Assembly (NCBI RefSeq): GCF_001186125.1
Contig: NW_014040054.1
Location: 5,722-42,106 of the forward strand
DNA length: 36,385 nucleotides
DNA from: Sphaeroforma arctica JP610
Lineage: Eukaryota
Direction of reading: 5' to 3'
Made by a program: the position numbers and the translations under genes. The notes under the pieces are model-generated. The model did no database searches and had not been told where the DNA came from. It saw only the letters and a list, made by a program, of their open reading frames with translations. Every line of letters begins with the position of its first letter. The stretch's first letter is position 1. Positions 36,011 to 36,385 of this stretch are shown here, piece by piece.

Positions 36011-36385
36011 TATGGTTTTTAATGGTTTTATTAATTAATACCTTTTCCATTTTACATATCAGATATTTGGACGAGGCCACTAAAAGGCTTCAGTAAAGTA
36101 CCAAACATAAGAGTTGGTCTAGTTCTATTCATAGAACTATATTTACCTTCCAACTTTATTTATATCTGAATACTTCGGTAGCGAGATGGCTCAACCGAAT
36201 ATAGGTTTCTAGGGACTATTAACGTTACCTAGTTGATCCTCCGATCAGCCAACCAGATGTGCCAGTCTGATGAAGGCTAAGTCGGTAATTCTTGATAGGG
36301 ATAATATTATTTATTTCAAAAATGGCAAGTATGTATGATACAATGTATGAACATATGGTATGGCTCTCATAGTCGCTGTAATGGT

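Overview
Eukaryotic, intron-rich scaffold from a draft assembly with three N-gaps. The organism cannot be fixed from the sequence; a unicellular opisthokont is a guess. From left to right: (1) a Deltex-like RING-H2 + DTC E3-ligase gene that looks pseudogenised (~411-3014, +); (2) mitochondrial propionyl-CoA carboxylase alpha subunit PCCA (13071->4938, -), with its middle exons lost in an N-gap; (3) a 7.7-kb intergenic block holding a non-LTR retrotransposon fragment and a decayed DNA transposon, whose DUF6729-type DDE transposase carries an embedded WRN/DnaQ-type 3'-5' exonuclease and whose two halves lie on opposite strands; (4) the partner beta subunit PCCB (20736->27914, +, 11 exons), head-to-head with PCCA; (5) an AT-rich tail of Ty3/gypsy, piggyBac-like and possible MULE/LINE relics. 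Two minisatellites (47 bp and 40 bp units) and several (TA)n/(TG)n microsatellites are present. No CRISPR array, rRNA or tRNA was recognised. All family assignments rest on motif recognition by eye, not on database searches.
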